This document shows positions 22,538 through 35,772 of a DNA stretch of 64,000 nt, one piece after another. The notes beneath the pieces were generated by a model. It had not been told where the DNA came from and did no database searches. It worked only from the letters and a program-made list of their open reading frames with translations. The position numbers were made by a program, and so were the translations under genes. This DNA is from Verrucomicrobiota bacterium (GTDB lineage Bacteria > Verrucomicrobiota > Verrucomicrobiia > Opitutales > Coraliomargaritaceae), in NCBI GenBank assembly GCA_039815375.1, contig JBCBZJ010000017.1, positions 9,425 to 73,424 of the forward strand. The letters are read 5' to 3'. Positions within the stretch are counted from its first letter, which is position 1. Each line of letters opens with the position of its first letter.

Positions 22538-23077
22538 ATGAGCGAAGAAGAAGTTAAAGCATCTGAAGAAGAAAAAGTCGCTGTTGCTACAGAAGAAGCA
22601 GCTGCTAGCGGTGAGTCTGCTGAATCCAGTGGATCTGCTGAGCCGGAAAAGAAGAAAGAAGAAACCGCAGAGGACCTTCTCAAAAGCGATCTTGACGGCG
22701 TTAAAATTCGCCGTGCCAAAGGCAGCAAGAACATTACCTCCGGTGTGGTCAATGTGCTCGCTACTTTTAACAATACCAAGGTCACTTTTACTGATGCTCG
22801 TGGCAACGTTATCTCTTGGTCCAGCGCCGGTAAGTGCAACTTCCGTGGTTCACGTAAGTCCACTGCATATGCTGCTCAAGTCGTCACACAAGACGCCGGC
22901 CGCGTTGCCATGTCTCACGGCATGAAGGAAGTCGTCGTTAAGCTCAAAGGTCCAGGTATGGGCCGCGACTCCGCCGTTCGTGCCCTCCAATCTCTCGGTA
23001 TGATTGTCACCGAAATTGTTGATGTGACTCCTGTCCCTCACAACGGTTGCCGTTCACCGAAACGTCGTCGCGTCTAA
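22538..23077 (+). CDS. rpsK: 30S ribosomal protein S11 (acidic N-terminal extension)
   Basis: [34 protein letters not shown]. Confidence 0.97.
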   Translation: MSEEEVKASEEEKVAVATEEAAASGESAESSGSAEPEKKKEETAEDLLKSDLDGVKIRRAKGSKNITSGVVNVLATFNNTKVTFTDARGNVISWSSAGKCNFRGSRKSTAYAAQVVTQDAGRVAMSHGMKEVVVKLKGPGMGRDSAVRALQSLGMIVTEIVDVTPVPHNGCRSPKRRRV

Positions 23078-23135
23078 GCTGATTCTGCCAGCCTGACGTA
23101 TTTCTACAAGTTAGCAGATACAATATAGTAACATT

Positions 23136-23744
<609 letters not shown>

Positions 23745-23813
23745 TCCGGACAGCTTTGTCTCCGGTTAGCCGGTTTTCACAATTCCCTTTCAACAGTAAA
23801 TATAGAGCCCATC

Positions 23814-24815
23814 ATGCCAAAGCGCTTAGGAAAATTTGAACTTCCCAACCGTCTGGTAAAAGTCGAAGAGACTGCTACCGACACCTTTGCAACCTTCCAA
23901 GCCGAGCCATTTGAGACCGGTTATGGACACACTATCGGCAACTCCCTCCGTCGGGTGCTTCTCAGCTCCATCGAGGGTGCTGCGATCTCTTCTATCAAGA
24001 TTGATGGCGTGCAGCACGAGTTCCAGAGTATCGAAGGTATCCTCGAAGACGTAACCGACATCGTTCTTAACCTCAAGAAGGTGCTTCTCGTTTCCGAGTC
24101 ACGCGACACCGCGACACTAGTCATCGATGTGAATCGCGATGGTGTCGTGACAGCCGCTGACATTCAGGAAGATACCAACTTCAAGGTCATCAACCCAGAA
24201 CAGGTGATTTGCACGCTCGACAAGAAGCAGCGTTTCCTTGCCGAACTCGAAGTTCGTGTCGGCCGTGGCTACTGCGCAGGTGAAGATAACAAGAAGCCGG
24301 AACAAGCTATCGGCGTCATTGCAATCGATTCACTCTTTAGCCCGGTCAAGCTCGTAAAGTATTCTGTTGAGAATACACGTGTTGGCCAGGAAATGGACTA
24401 TGATAAGCTCATCCTTGAGGTCACTACCGATGGTCGTATTACACCGGACGATGCTCTCAAGCAAAGCGCTGCTATCCTGAAGCACCACCTCGACGTATTC
24501 GACGAAGTTTCTCAAGACGAGATCGAGTTCGAGAGCGAAAGCAAGGAAATCAGTGAAGAGCAAAATCGCCTCCGCAAGCTTCTCAATATGAGTGTAAACG
24601 AAATCGAACTTTCTGTTCGTGCGGCAAACTGTCTCAACAACGCAAACATTACTACGGTTGGTGAACTTGCGATGAAGTCTGAGCAGGAAATGCTTAAATA
24701 CCGCAATTTCGGTAAGAAGTCTCTCAACGAAATTAAGGATAAACTCGAACAACTCGGTCTCTCGCTCGGCATGAAGATCGATGAGCGTCTCCTCGACAAG
24801 GGCGCCGAACTTTAA
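23814..24815 (+). CDS. rpoA: DNA-directed RNA polymerase subunit alpha
   Basis: GHTIGNSLRRVLLSS, ELSVRAANCL, RNFGKKSLNEI. Confidence 0.98.
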   Translation: MPKRLGKFELPNRLVKVEETATDTFATFQAEPFETGYGHTIGNSLRRVLLSSIEGAAISSIKIDGVQHEFQSIEGILEDVTDIVLNLKKVLLVSESRDTATLVIDVNRDGVVTAADIQEDTNFKVINPEQVICTLDKKQRFLAELEVRVGRGYCAGEDNKKPEQAIGVIAIDSLFSPVKLVKYSVENTRVGQEMDYDKLILEVTTDGRITPDDALKQSAAILKHHLDVFDEVSQDEIEFESESKEISEEQNRLRKLLNMSVNEIELSVRAANCLNNANITTVGELAMKSEQEMLKYRNFGKKSLNEIKDKLEQLGLSLGMKIDERLLDKGAEL

Positions 24816-24849
24816 TCAGCAAAGTATACGCTAGAAAGACATTTAGATA

Positions 24850-25437
24850 ATGCGTCACGGCAAAAAAAGACACAAACTCGGCGTATCCGGTCCGCACCGC
24901 TCTGCAATGATGGGTAACCTCTCGGTCGCTCTCATAACTCACGGTCGTATCGAAACCACCCTCGCCAAGGCCAAAGCCCTCCGTCCCTTCATCGAAAAGA
25001 TCATCACCCTCGCGAAGAAAGCTGAAAAAGCTAATGACGCGGCCCGTAAGCTTCATTTTCGCCGTTTAGCGATTGCTCGCGTGCGTGATAAGAAGGCGGT
25101 TGCTCAACTCTTCGACGAGCGCGTCAGCGAATTCGTGGATCGTAGCGGTGGTTACACCCGCATCTACAAGCTCGGTCAACGTGTTGGCGATGCTGCAGAA
25201 ATGGCACTGATTGAGCTGATCGATGGCAACGACGAAGGTTATGAGAAGCCTAAGAAGAGAACTGCGAAAAAAGCTGCGAAGAAGGTAGTCGCCAAGGAAG
25301 AAGCACCAGCTGAAGAAGCTGAAGCTGCAACCGAAGAGGCCCCTGTTAGCACTGAGACAGTCGAACCTGTTGAAGAAACTCTAGCCGAGGAAACACTTGA
25401 AAAGGAATCCACCGAAGAGGAAAAAAAGGACGCTTAG
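24850..25437 (+). CDS. rplQ: 50S ribosomal protein L17 (acidic C-terminal extension)
   Basis: IETTLAKAK, EKIITLAK, RSGGYTRI, GDAAEMALIEL. Confidence 0.98.
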   Translation: MRHGKKRHKLGVSGPHRSAMMGNLSVALITHGRIETTLAKAKALRPFIEKIITLAKKAEKANDAARKLHFRRLAIARVRDKKAVAQLFDERVSEFVDRSGGYTRIYKLGQRVGDAAEMALIELIDGNDEGYEKPKKRTAKKAAKKVVAKEEAPAEEAEAATEEAPVSTETVEPVEETLAEETLEKESTEEEKKDA

Positions 25438-25457
25438 TTCTCTATTGATATATTTTC

Positions 25458-25489
25458 AAAAAGCGCATCCTGATGGATGCGCTTTTTTT
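25458..25489. terminator. Bidirectional rho-independent terminator ending the ribosomal cluster
   Basis: AAAAAGCGCATCC-TGAT-GGATGCGCTTTTTTT between convergent genes. Confidence 0.9.
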
Positions 25490-25493
25490 GTGC

Positions 25494-26453
25494 CTAGTTC
25501 CTCGAAGCTTCTTGAATAAAATCCAAGGTTTTTCGCTCCGACCAATAGAGTTTGTCTTTCTCGAACTGAATAAATCCAAGATGGCCGCCATACTTTGGTG
25601 TCTCCAGGAACAGCTTTGGATTAGAATCGGCCAGCTCGTGCGGGTAGCAAAGGGGTGAAAGAAAAGGATCGTCTTCTGCGTTTATCAGTAGGCTCGGAAT
25701 CGATATATGCCCTAGAAACTGACGGCAGCTCGACGTTTCCCAATACTCTTCAGCACCAGAAAATCCGTGTATGGGTCCTGTGTAAACATCATCAAATTCC
25801 GCGAAGGTCCTCATTTTATCCAGACCTAGGTCTTCGATCTCTTTCGGAAATCGAAGTATCTTTTCACGGACTTTTTCTCGTAGCATCTTCATGAAACGAT
25901 GCATGTAGATTCGGTTTTGAAGTGCTTCGAGGCGGTGTGCGCTAGTCTTCAGATCGCAGGGCACGCTCAGTGCTACTGCTGCGCAGATTCTTTTGTCTAC
26001 CGAACTTCTCCGTTCGCCTATGTATTTAAGAGTTAAATTGCCACCCAGGCTAAAGCCAATGAGTGCAACCTGAGCATCTGGAGCTCTTTGCCATAGGTGA
26101 TTGAGAACGATGTCCAATTCGTCGGTGGCACCACTGTGGTAGCTTTGAAGCTTTCGATTTGGCTCGCCGCTGCAGCCACGGAAATTCCATGCCAGAACAC
26201 TCCAGCCGTTTGCTACCAGAGCTTTCGCCATACCTTGGCAGTAAGCACTCCGAGAGTTGCTCTCAAGGCCGTGCGTTAATAGAGCTACACGATCGGGAAC
26301 TTCGTGGGTCGACCAATCCAAGTCGAGAAAATCACCATCCGAAGTGTCTAGTCGTTCTCTCGTTCTCGTAATTAGAGGGACTCGACGGAATAGTGTCGGA
26401 TAGATGGTTTGAAGGTGAGGATTTTTAAAACCTAATGGTGGCCTGTAGTCCAC
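25494..26453 (-). CDS. YheT-family alpha/beta hydrolase
   Basis: NPHLQTI, DGDFLDLDW, HGLES, NFRGCSG, GFSLGGN, DDPF, GGHLGF. Confidence 0.9.
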   Translation of the reverse strand: MDYRPPLGFKNPHLQTIYPTLFRRVPLITRTRERLDTSDGDFLDLDWSTHEVPDRVALLTHGLESNSRSAYCQGMAKALVANGWSVLAWNFRGCSGEPNRKLQSYHSGATDELDIVLNHLWQRAPDAQVALIGFSLGGNLTLKYIGERRSSVDKRICAAVALSVPCDLKTSAHRLEALQNRIYMHRFMKMLREKVREKILRFPKEIEDLGLDKMRTFAEFDDVYTGPIHGFSGAEEYWETSSCRQFLGHISIPSLLINAEDDPFLSPLCYPHELADSNPKLFLETPKYGGHLGFIQFEKDKLYWSERKTLDFIQEASRN

Positions 26454-26468
26454 AGCCTTTAGAAATGT

Positions 26469-28322
<1,854 letters not shown>

Positions 28323-28469
28323 TTTTTCTGTATTTTATTGTGTTCTGGGTCGTGGTTATCATGTGAATAGAAATATGTTCCACACACAAGTCTAAGAGCT
28401 TGTATCTTTCTAAAGGAGTTGCCTGGGCCACAAGTTTTTACGCATGGAGCGATGGCCAGTTCTGCTGGC

Positions 28470-29318
28470 TTATTTTCGGCCAGCGTGAACTCTCAAAAGC
28501 TTTTTTCCGAAAACGGGGTAGCGTGCAAGAATACCACTGAAAGGCCCACTTTCCATGATGAAACAGGAAGTCTCTGTCAGGGCCGTTACAGTTGCAGAGC
28601 AGGGCTTCTTTGTCAGTAAAGAGCCCTCGCCAAAGCAAGCACCCGGGCCGAGCTCTGCGATCTGGTTACCGCTTTTGTTGATTCCGACAACTCCCTCTTC
28701 AATGAGGAAGAAAGTGGTGCCTTCGGCACCTTCACAGATCAGCACCTCATCCTTGGCATAGGTCTTCCTGATCAAAATTTGTGCTAGATCATTGATAAAG
28801 TCGCTGCTTGCACCAGCTAGAAAGGGAGCATTCTCAAGCAAATTACGTTCGATCGAGTTTTTGATCCCTTCAGCGCGCCGTTGGGAGTGAAGTTCCTTCA
28901 AGCGGAAACGGACCTTAAGATACTTTTCTGTGAGGCCGGAAAAGGAGTCACGCTTGAGTTGAAACAAAGTGGCCTCTTCAGTCGCTGTGATCGTTGCCCC
29001 GCGAACCTCATCGGTCAGCAGGGCACCTTCACCGAAACATCCACCGACACCAAGATCGGCAATATCCTCACCCTTACTGCTGACACGAACGGAACCCTTT
29101 ACGACGAGAAAAAAGCTGTCGCCGATGTCCCCTTCCTTGAAAATTACTTCATGTTTACCGTAATCAACCGACTCAATCGCCTCAGCTAAATCCGAGATGA
29201 GCTTGTAGTCCGCGCCTTCCAGAAAGGGAACCCTGGACAGAAGAACAGTTTCCACCTGTTCTTCGATGGCTTTCCTACGCTTCGAATCACGAGCTGACCC
29301 AATGAGCTTCTTGAACAT
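28470..29318 (-). CDS. Stand-alone tandem cyclic-nucleotide-binding domain protein
   Basis: Two CNB repeats: EGDIGDSFFLV..G.V...FGEGALLTDEVRGAT and EGAEGTTFFLI..G.V...FGEGSLLTKKPCSAT. Confidence 0.88.
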   Translation of the reverse strand: MFKKLIGSARDSKRRKAIEEQVETVLLSRVPFLEGADYKLISDLAEAIESVDYGKHEVIFKEGDIGDSFFLVVKGSVRVSSKGEDIADLGVGGCFGEGALLTDEVRGATITATEEATLFQLKRDSFSGLTEKYLKVRFRLKELHSQRRAEGIKNSIERNLLENAPFLAGASSDFINDLAQILIRKTYAKDEVLICEGAEGTTFFLIEEGVVGINKSGNQIAELGPGACFGEGSLLTKKPCSATVTALTETSCFIMESGPFSGILARYPVFGKKLLRVHAGRK

Positions 29319-29418
29319 AGTACTGATACTATAGCCTTTTTCTAGGCTTAGGCAATAGCGTGTTGCTCCCCTTTAGTCCCATGTTTTTTTTGGAATTGGA
29401 GTGCTTTGTGATCGAGAC

Positions 29419-30324
29419 CTACTTTGTAAGTGGTTCGCCCATGTTCATCAACGGGAGTGGAGCAGGGGACTCGCCGTTAAGGAAATAGACTTTTGAGGAA
29501 TCGTCCTTGGAAATCTCTTTTAGAGCCTCAAGAGCCTGAAGTTGGACATAAGCTGGATTACTGGCGATGGCTTCGTTGAGTTTTTCGATTTCGTAGGCCT
29601 GAGCATCGGCAAGAACCCGCCTTTGTTCAGCTGTTAGTTCGGCGGCTTCTCGTTTGGCCTGAGCTTCAGCAATTATCTGCTGCTGTTCGGTGCGGAAGCG
29701 TTCGAGCTCGGCTTTTTGTTTTTCTACTTCTTGTTCACGCTCCTTCTTCGACTCGATTGCCCGGGTAATGAAAGGAGGTAAGCTGATATCGCGGATTAAG
29801 ATATCCAAACAGATAATACCGCGTGGTTCCAGGTATTCGCGCATCGTTTCGAAAATGGCTTGTTGCAGGTTCTCCTGCGTTTCCTGAAGGAAGAAGTCTT
29901 CGGCTCGAACAATGCTCTTACCTTGTTCGCGAACGGCAGAGCGGAGCTTTGGCTGAATCTGGACACGGATAGCATCCTCGAAGGTGCCGGTTTCCTGAAG
30001 CATCCGCGGTGCATCTGCGCCGTTAATTCGAAATTTGATACTCACGTCGACAGACGTGGTGAGCTGGTCCTGGCTCGGGACGCCTGCAGTTTCTTTCAGT
30101 TCCTTTTCACGAATGTCATAGAAGGTGAATTCGTAGAGTGGGTTAACGGGGATGTGTAAGCCTTCGGCATAAGGCTTTTCCCGGACCTCACCGAAGAGTG
30201 TGGCGACCGCGACATGACCCGCGGGAACACTGACGAAAAAGCGACTGGCAGCGAGAAGTGCTATTGCCAAGACAATGATAAAAATGGTGGCTAAGACGGT
30301 TTGCTTGTTCATGGCTGTAGGCAT
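29419..30324 (-). CDS. SPFH/prohibitin family membrane protein
   Basis: N-terminal TM segment, VPAGHVAV.TLFG, EGLH..NP, ILIRDI.LP..I..AIE.K coiled coil. Start 30324 follows AAAGGAAA. Confidence 0.9.
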   Translation of the reverse strand: MPTAMNKQTVLATIFIIVLAIALLAASRFFVSVPAGHVAVATLFGEVREKPYAEGLHIPVNPLYEFTFYDIREKELKETAGVPSQDQLTTSVDVSIKFRINGADAPRMLQETGTFEDAIRVQIQPKLRSAVREQGKSIVRAEDFFLQETQENLQQAIFETMREYLEPRGIICLDILIRDISLPPFITRAIESKKEREQEVEKQKAELERFRTEQQQIIAEAQAKREAAELTAEQRRVLADAQAYEIEKLNEAIASNPAYVQLQALEALKEISKDDSSKVYFLNGESPAPLPLMNMGEPLTK

Positions 30325-30372
30325 AGCTTCTTTTCCTTTGCTGTCACCTGAAAATGGCGCATTCCTGATGGA

Positions 30373-31398
30373 ATGATTCAGAATGCAGCCCATGCGCGTG
30401 AGCGTTTAGAAGCTGAGGCGAAAAGCCTTGGTTTCCATGCATTCGGTGTGACTACAGTTCCGGTCGATTTGCGGCGAGAATACTACCAAAAATGGATTGC
30501 CGCCGGTCAGCACGGGACCATGGGCTGGATGGAGCGCAACAACGACCGCCGCCTTCATCCTGACAAGCTTATTGAAGAGGCGCGTAGTGTCATTGTGGTA
30601 GCAATGAACTACTACCAGCCGGATCCCGAACGCCCCTACCGGATCGCGAAATATGCTCTAGGGGATGATTATCATAACTTGATTTTGAGGCGTTTGAAGA
30701 AGTTGTGTCGTTTATTACGCGATGAGTTTGGCAGTTCGCAACGCCCGTATGTAGATACCGGGCCAATGCTTGAGAAGCCGATTGCAGCGGCTGCCGGCAT
30801 TGGCTGGCAAGGGAAGAGCACGATTCTGGTCGAACCCAAACGAGGCACTTGGTCTTTTCTTGGCAATATTGTGACGACGATTGAGCTGCCGACGGACCAG
30901 CCCGGCAAAGATCGTTGTGGCAGCTGCACTCGTTGCATTGATGTCTGTCCGACCCGGGCGATCACTGCGCCTTATCAACTCGATGCGCGAAAGTGTATCT
31001 CTTATCTTACGATTGAGCACGATGGCTCCATTCCTGAGGAATTTCGTAAGGCTATCGGTGACCGTTTGTATGGATGTGATGAATGCTTGGATGTTTGCCC
31101 CTGGAACAAGTGGGCCCTCCGCAACGGTGAAGCTAAGTTTGCCGTTCGCGAACTGCCACTGTTGAGGGAAATGCTTCTTTGGGATCAATCTACTTTTTCA
31201 GAACGTATGCGGGGCTCCCCTATGCGACGTTTGAAGCTACATCGGTTTAAGCGTAACATTTGTGTAGTATTGGGTAATGTGGGTAAGGAAGAAGATGTTG
31301 AATCATTGCAGTATTTGCTTTCGTCGGATGATGCGATGTTGGTGGAACACGCGGATTGGGCGATATGCCAAATTCGACGGCGTTTACCTATGTCATGA
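30373..31398 (+). CDS. queG: Epoxyqueuosine reductase
   Basis: YALGDDYH, VDTGP.LEK, GWQGK, CGSCTRCIDVCPT, CISYLTIE, GCDECLDVCPWN. Confidence 0.95.
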   Translation: MIQNAAHARERLEAEAKSLGFHAFGVTTVPVDLRREYYQKWIAAGQHGTMGWMERNNDRRLHPDKLIEEARSVIVVAMNYYQPDPERPYRIAKYALGDDYHNLILRRLKKLCRLLRDEFGSSQRPYVDTGPMLEKPIAAAAGIGWQGKSTILVEPKRGTWSFLGNIVTTIELPTDQPGKDRCGSCTRCIDVCPTRAITAPYQLDARKCISYLTIEHDGSIPEEFRKAIGDRLYGCDECLDVCPWNKWALRNGEAKFAVRELPLLREMLLWDQSTFSERMRGSPMRRLKLHRFKRNICVVLGNVGKEEDVESLQYLLSSDDAMLVEHADWAICQIRRRLPMS

Positions 31399-31499
31399 AT
31401 TTATGTTAGGATATTTATCCTAACTCTATTTAGTAGTGATATTTTTATATTTGATAAGATTGCATTATATTGATATCTAGCGTTATTCCTTACGGTATT

Positions 31500-32636
31500 A
31501 TGAAGATATCCCAATCGCTTTATTACCCCTCACTGCCGACTAAATGGAAAGAACTCTATACGGGTCCGGCTTCTGAAGATGCAGAATTGGTATTTGCATT
31601 CGGACTTCGTCAGATTCTTGAGGCTGCAGAAACGTATGAATCCTTGAGCAAACGTTATCCAAATGCGTTTATTGCGATGGCTTCTACCTCTGGCAATCTT
31701 GCAGATCAGGTCCTAATGGATGATGCGGTTGTCTGCACCGCCATTGTATTTGATCACGCGAGTTGTAAGTGTGCCTCAGTCGACCTGAATGAAGGATTTG
31801 ATGTTGCTGAGGTTTGCAAAGGGCTTATTCAGGCAGTAAGAACTGATTCGTTGAAACATATTTTTGTTTTGTCTGATGGAGGCACTGTCAACGGCACGAC
31901 CTTGAGCGAGTCATTGAATCGGTTGCTTCCGGCAGATGTTACCTTGAGTGGAGGCCTTGCAGGAGATGGGACGGATTTCTCCAAAACTGTTGTTGGTCTG
32001 AATCAGGTTCCAACTGCAGGAAGTATTGTTGCAATTGGTTTCTCGGGCGAATCGCTGGAAGTTGGGTTTGGCAGTTCCGGTGGTTGGTCCGTATTCGGCC
32101 CTGAGCGTGTTGTCACAAGGTCTTCCGGAAATGTTCTTTTTGAATTGGACGGTCAGCCGGCACTGAAGCTTTATAAGACTTACTTAGGTGACCAAGCTGA
32201 GCAATTGCCTGCTTCGGCCTTACGTTTCCCTCTCTGTGTCCAACCGGATGATGGTCAGAGTTCAGTTGTCAGGACGATATTGTCGATCGATGAGGAGCAT
32301 GACTCAATGACCTTCGCAGGTGATATACCCGCTGGTGCTTCGGTTCATTTTATGCGGGCCTCCTATGAGGATCTGATCGATGGTGCCGATGCTGCTGCGG
32401 TGCAGGCTAGAAAGCATGATGAGGAACTTGTAATGTGCGTTAGTTGTGTAGGGCGACGTATCGTACTGGGCCAGAGAACAGAAGAAGAGCTTGAGTGTGT
32501 CCGTGAAACATTCGGCTCGTTTCCGGTTATTGCGGGATTCTATTCCTACGGGGAGTTGGCGCCAACCGGCGATGAACAGGCTTGTCAGTTACATAACCAG
32601 ACAATGACGATTACCTCTTTCCGGGAGATTTCTTAG
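31500..32636 (+). CDS. FIST-domain (NosP-like) sensory protein
   Basis: STSG, LSDG..VNG, GGLAGDG, ELDGQPAL..Y, SCVGR, GFYSYGE, LHNQT. Confidence 0.9.
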   Translation: MKISQSLYYPSLPTKWKELYTGPASEDAELVFAFGLRQILEAAETYESLSKRYPNAFIAMASTSGNLADQVLMDDAVVCTAIVFDHASCKCASVDLNEGFDVAEVCKGLIQAVRTDSLKHIFVLSDGGTVNGTTLSESLNRLLPADVTLSGGLAGDGTDFSKTVVGLNQVPTAGSIVAIGFSGESLEVGFGSSGGWSVFGPERVVTRSSGNVLFELDGQPALKLYKTYLGDQAEQLPASALRFPLCVQPDDGQSSVVRTILSIDEEHDSMTFAGDIPAGASVHFMRASYEDLIDGADAAAVQARKHDEELVMCVSCVGRRIVLGQRTEEELECVRETFGSFPVIAGFYSYGELAPTGDEQACQLHNQTMTITSFREIS

Positions 32637-32639
32637 TCT

Positions 32640-34589
32640 ATGGCGCTCCACCCTCTTCTTGCACGCCAGTTGCGGCGCGCCTTCGGCTCTGCCGATGATT
32701 TGCCGGAAAAGTCGAGAGGTTTTGTAGAATTGGTCGGCCAGGCCTATGAGCAATTTGATAGTGACCGAAAGCTTATCGATAACGCTATGCGGCAGAGCTC
32801 GATCGAACTAACCGATGCGAATCGCTTGTTGCGTGAAGAGAACGACGCGAAGGTCGATATCTTTGATCGCTTGTTAGAGACGCTCAAGATACTGGACGCG
32901 AATGAGCATGATAGTTCATTTAGCTTGAAGGATATTGTCGGTACAATTGAGCGTCTGGTGAAGGAGCGACAGGAAACAGTTTCGGAACTAAGGCTTGCTA
33001 AGCGTGAAGCTGAATCGGCAAGTCGCGCAAAGAGTGAGTTTTTGGCTAATATGAGCCATGAGATTCGTACCCCGCTGAACTCGATTGTCGGCATGGTCAG
33101 TCTGTTGGGCGAGACACCATTGGAGAAGGAGCAGCTAGAGTTTGTGAATACTATTCAGCAAAGCAGTGACGCGTTGATTAATACGATCAGCGATATCCTT
33201 GATTTTTCCAAGATCGAGGCAGGCGAGATGATGATTGAATCAATCCCTACTGACGTGACCATGCTTTGCGAGCAGGTTGTCGACATGTTTCTTGGGCAGG
33301 CCCGATCGAAGTCGCTTGATCTAGCACTGTACATTTCGCCCGAACTTCCGGATGGCGTGCTTTCGGACCCGACGCGCATAAGGCAGATTCTGACAAACTT
33401 GATTGGTAATGGCGTGAAGTTTACCAAGCAGGGAGGGGTCGCGTTGATCGTAGATGCAGAGCGCGATGGTGATGGTTGGCGTATTGATTTTGTCGTTGAA
33501 GATACAGGTATTGGTATCCCGGAGGATCATTCGAAGCATATCTTCAACTCATTCAGCCAAGTGGATTCATCTACGACTCGAAAGTATGGTGGCACTGGCC
33601 TTGGATTGGCGATCACGGAACGTCTTGTTCAATGCCTTGGCGGTCAAATAGGTGTGGAGAGCACCTTAAATGAGGGTGCATCATTTCATTTTAACATTCA
33701 TGCTGGTAGTTTGCAACCGATCGAAAATGGTCGAATAACTCAATGCGTCATTTTGAATGACCTGAGAATCTTGATTGTTGATGATGAGCCTCTGAGTGGA
33801 CGGATATTGAGTGCGCAGCTGCAAAGCTGGGGGCTGGAATCGACTGTTTGTGATGGTGCCAAGAATGCAATCGCTCATCTCAAGAAAGATATGGCCTATG
33901 ATTTCATTCTCATGGATTTCAATATGCCTGAGATGAATGGTGCTGAACTGGCAATAGAGCTGAAGCGTCTGATGGGCGACAGCCTTCCTAGGATTGTACT
34001 GCTTACCTCGCGCGGAGTTGAGCCTGACGTTGCTGGCGAGATAATCAGCCGGCGTATTGCCAAGCCCATCAAACCGAACGAATTAAAGTTATGCATATCG
34101 GAGCTTCTAAACACGAATGACTCTGTTCATGAAAATCAAGTTAACTCAGATACGAGCAATCCATGGTCCGGTCAGATGAGTCAGGACTTTGCCAGATCTT
34201 CCCCAATGAGTATACTCATTGCGGAAGATGTAGCGGTTAATCGAAAAGTCATCGAACTCTATTTGTCGCGTTTGGGTTATACCTGCACCACTGTAAATTC
34301 AGGTATAGATGCGGTAGAGATGTTTCATTCTGATACATTTGATCTGGTCTTTATGGACATGCAGATGCCCGAAATGAGTGGATTAGAAGCAAGTCGTCTG
34401 ATTACAGAATCTACCAAGTTTGGAAAATCACCTTACATTATCGCTCTCACGGCCAATGTATTTTCGGAGCAAAGGGAGGCTGCGGAGGAGGCAGGTATGA
34501 AAGATTATCTAACAAAACCATTGCGCCCACTGGTCTTAATGCAGGCCTTGAAGAAGGCCTATAAAGTGATCAGTTCGTCTTCATCTTAA
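32640..34589 (+). CDS. Cytoplasmic hybrid histidine kinase with two receiver domains
   Basis: [15 protein letters not shown]-box, [23 protein letters not shown]; receiver Asp motifs LMDFNMP and FMDMQMP. Confidence 0.93.
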   Translation: MALHPLLARQLRRAFGSADDLPEKSRGFVELVGQAYEQFDSDRKLIDNAMRQSSIELTDANRLLREENDAKVDIFDRLLETLKILDANEHDSSFSLKDIVGTIERLVKERQETVSELRLAKREAESASRAKSEFLANMSHEIRTPLNSIVGMVSLLGETPLEKEQLEFVNTIQQSSDALINTISDILDFSKIEAGEMMIESIPTDVTMLCEQVVDMFLGQARSKSLDLALYISPELPDGVLSDPTRIRQILTNLIGNGVKFTKQGGVALIVDAERDGDGWRIDFVVEDTGIGIPEDHSKHIFNSFSQVDSSTTRKYGGTGLGLAITERLVQCLGGQIGVESTLNEGASFHFNIHAGSLQPIENGRITQCVILNDLRILIVDDEPLSGRILSAQLQSWGLESTVCDGAKNAIAHLKKDMAYDFILMDFNMPEMNGAELAIELKRLMGDSLPRIVLLTSRGVEPDVAGEIISRRIAKPIKPNELKLCISELLNTNDSVHENQVNSDTSNPWSGQMSQDFARSSPMSILIAEDVAVNRKVIELYLSRLGYTCTTVNSGIDAVEMFHSDTFDLVFMDMQMPEMSGLEASRLITESTKFGKSPYIIALTANVFSEQREAAEEAGMKDYLTKPLRPLVLMQALKKAYKVISSSSS

Positions 34590-35475
34590 TCAGGGTTATT
34601 CCGACTAGGAGTATGAGAATGCAAAGTGCTTTGAGGCGAAAATTCTTCTCTTTGTATAGAGTGATACTACCGATAAAGGTTACGACTACCGCGGTTCGGC
34701 GAACTGGTGAGATGACTGAGATAAGGGCTTCTTCATGAGTTATAGCGGTAAAATACATGTAATCGGCGATTAAAAGGAGGATACCGATCAATGGGATCGA
34801 CCAGCGCCAAACAAATCGCCCTCTCGGCCAGACACCTTTGAACCAGCCTATGTAGAAGGGGAGGATAACCAGGGCGAGGTAGATTGAGAACCAGGCTTGG
34901 ACGGTGGCTGGTTTGAGACAAGCGTTCTGGAGCAAGTATTTATCGTAGATGGCACTACAGGCTCCGAGAAGTGTCGCGACAATCATATAGGCAACCCATT
35001 TGTTGCGGTGAAAGCGAATGCCCTCTAATTTGCCAACAAAGGAAAAGGCGTAGAAAGCCAGAAGCACGATGATGACGCCCAACCATTGCCAAGTGTTTGG
35101 ACGTTCGCTCATTACAAGAACCGCCAAGAGTATTGTCCAAAGCGGACTGGTTGCACGAATTGGAGCGGCTATTGAAAGCGGCAGATGTTTGACTGCAAAG
35201 TAACCAAACATCCACGAAGCACCGACCAGGCTGGACTTAGCGAAGAGTTGGATGTGCTCAAGTGGTCCTATGGAATCGACTAGGAATTGAGCAGAGGGGT
35301 AGCTCATCGGCGCGTAGTATGACCATAGGACAAGAGGTAACCAGATAAGCGCGCTTGTGAGTGTGCCTAGAAATAGTACCGGCAGGACGGCGTTGTCTCT
35401 GAGGGAATGTTTCTTCGCAAGGTCATACAATCCAAGGAAGAATGCGGAGCAGATACTGAGAAAGACCCAGGACAT
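34570..35475 (-). CDS. EamA/DMT family transporter
   Basis: About 10 TM segments in two repeats; [21 protein letters not shown]. Confidence 0.88.
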   Translation of the reverse strand: MSWVFLSICSAFFLGLYDLAKKHSLRDNAVLPVLFLGTLTSALIWLPLVLWSYYAPMSYPSAQFLVDSIGPLEHIQLFAKSSLVGASWMFGYFAVKHLPLSIAAPIRATSPLWTILLAVLVMSERPNTWQWLGVIIVLLAFYAFSFVGKLEGIRFHRNKWVAYMIVATLLGACSAIYDKYLLQNACLKPATVQAWFSIYLALVILPFYIGWFKGVWPRGRFVWRWSIPLIGILLLIADYMYFTAITHEEALISVISPVRRTAVVVTFIGSITLYKEKNFRLKALCILILLVGITLIKMKTN

Positions 35476-35583
35476 CCTTCTCTAAGTCAAATCATGCAAA
35501 CGCGGTTTCGAAATGAAGAAGGTCGGTGTATAGCTTTTCATAAATCAGTTGTTTCGCTGATTCGTTGTATTTAGGAGATGGGC

Positions 35584-35720
35584 TATCCAAGTAGGATTTC
35601 ACAGTTGCTTCAGCTAGAAGAGGATGTCGCTACCTCTCCGATTCGCAGTCACTTGTTCTGTGCGTTCCTTCATTCGTTGGTTGGGTAGCTCGCTTCTAAT
35701 CAACAACCCAGGCTTGATTA
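35584..35720. repeat. Degenerate palindromic element related to 7661-7787
   Basis: TAGAAG/CTTCTA and GCTACC/GGTAGC arms around the shared core CGCAGTCA...GTGCG(T)TCCTT. Confidence 0.4.
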
Positions 35721-35750
35721 AAAAAAGCACAGGTTGGTGGCCTGTGCTTT
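35720..35750 (-). terminator. Rho-independent terminator of the carB-purU-TPR unit
   Basis: On the + strand AAAAAAAGCACAGG-TTGGTGG-CCTGTGCTTT, giving a U-tract on the minus strand. Confidence 0.8.
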
Positions 35751-35772
35751 CGTAAGAGAGTTTATGGCTGGT

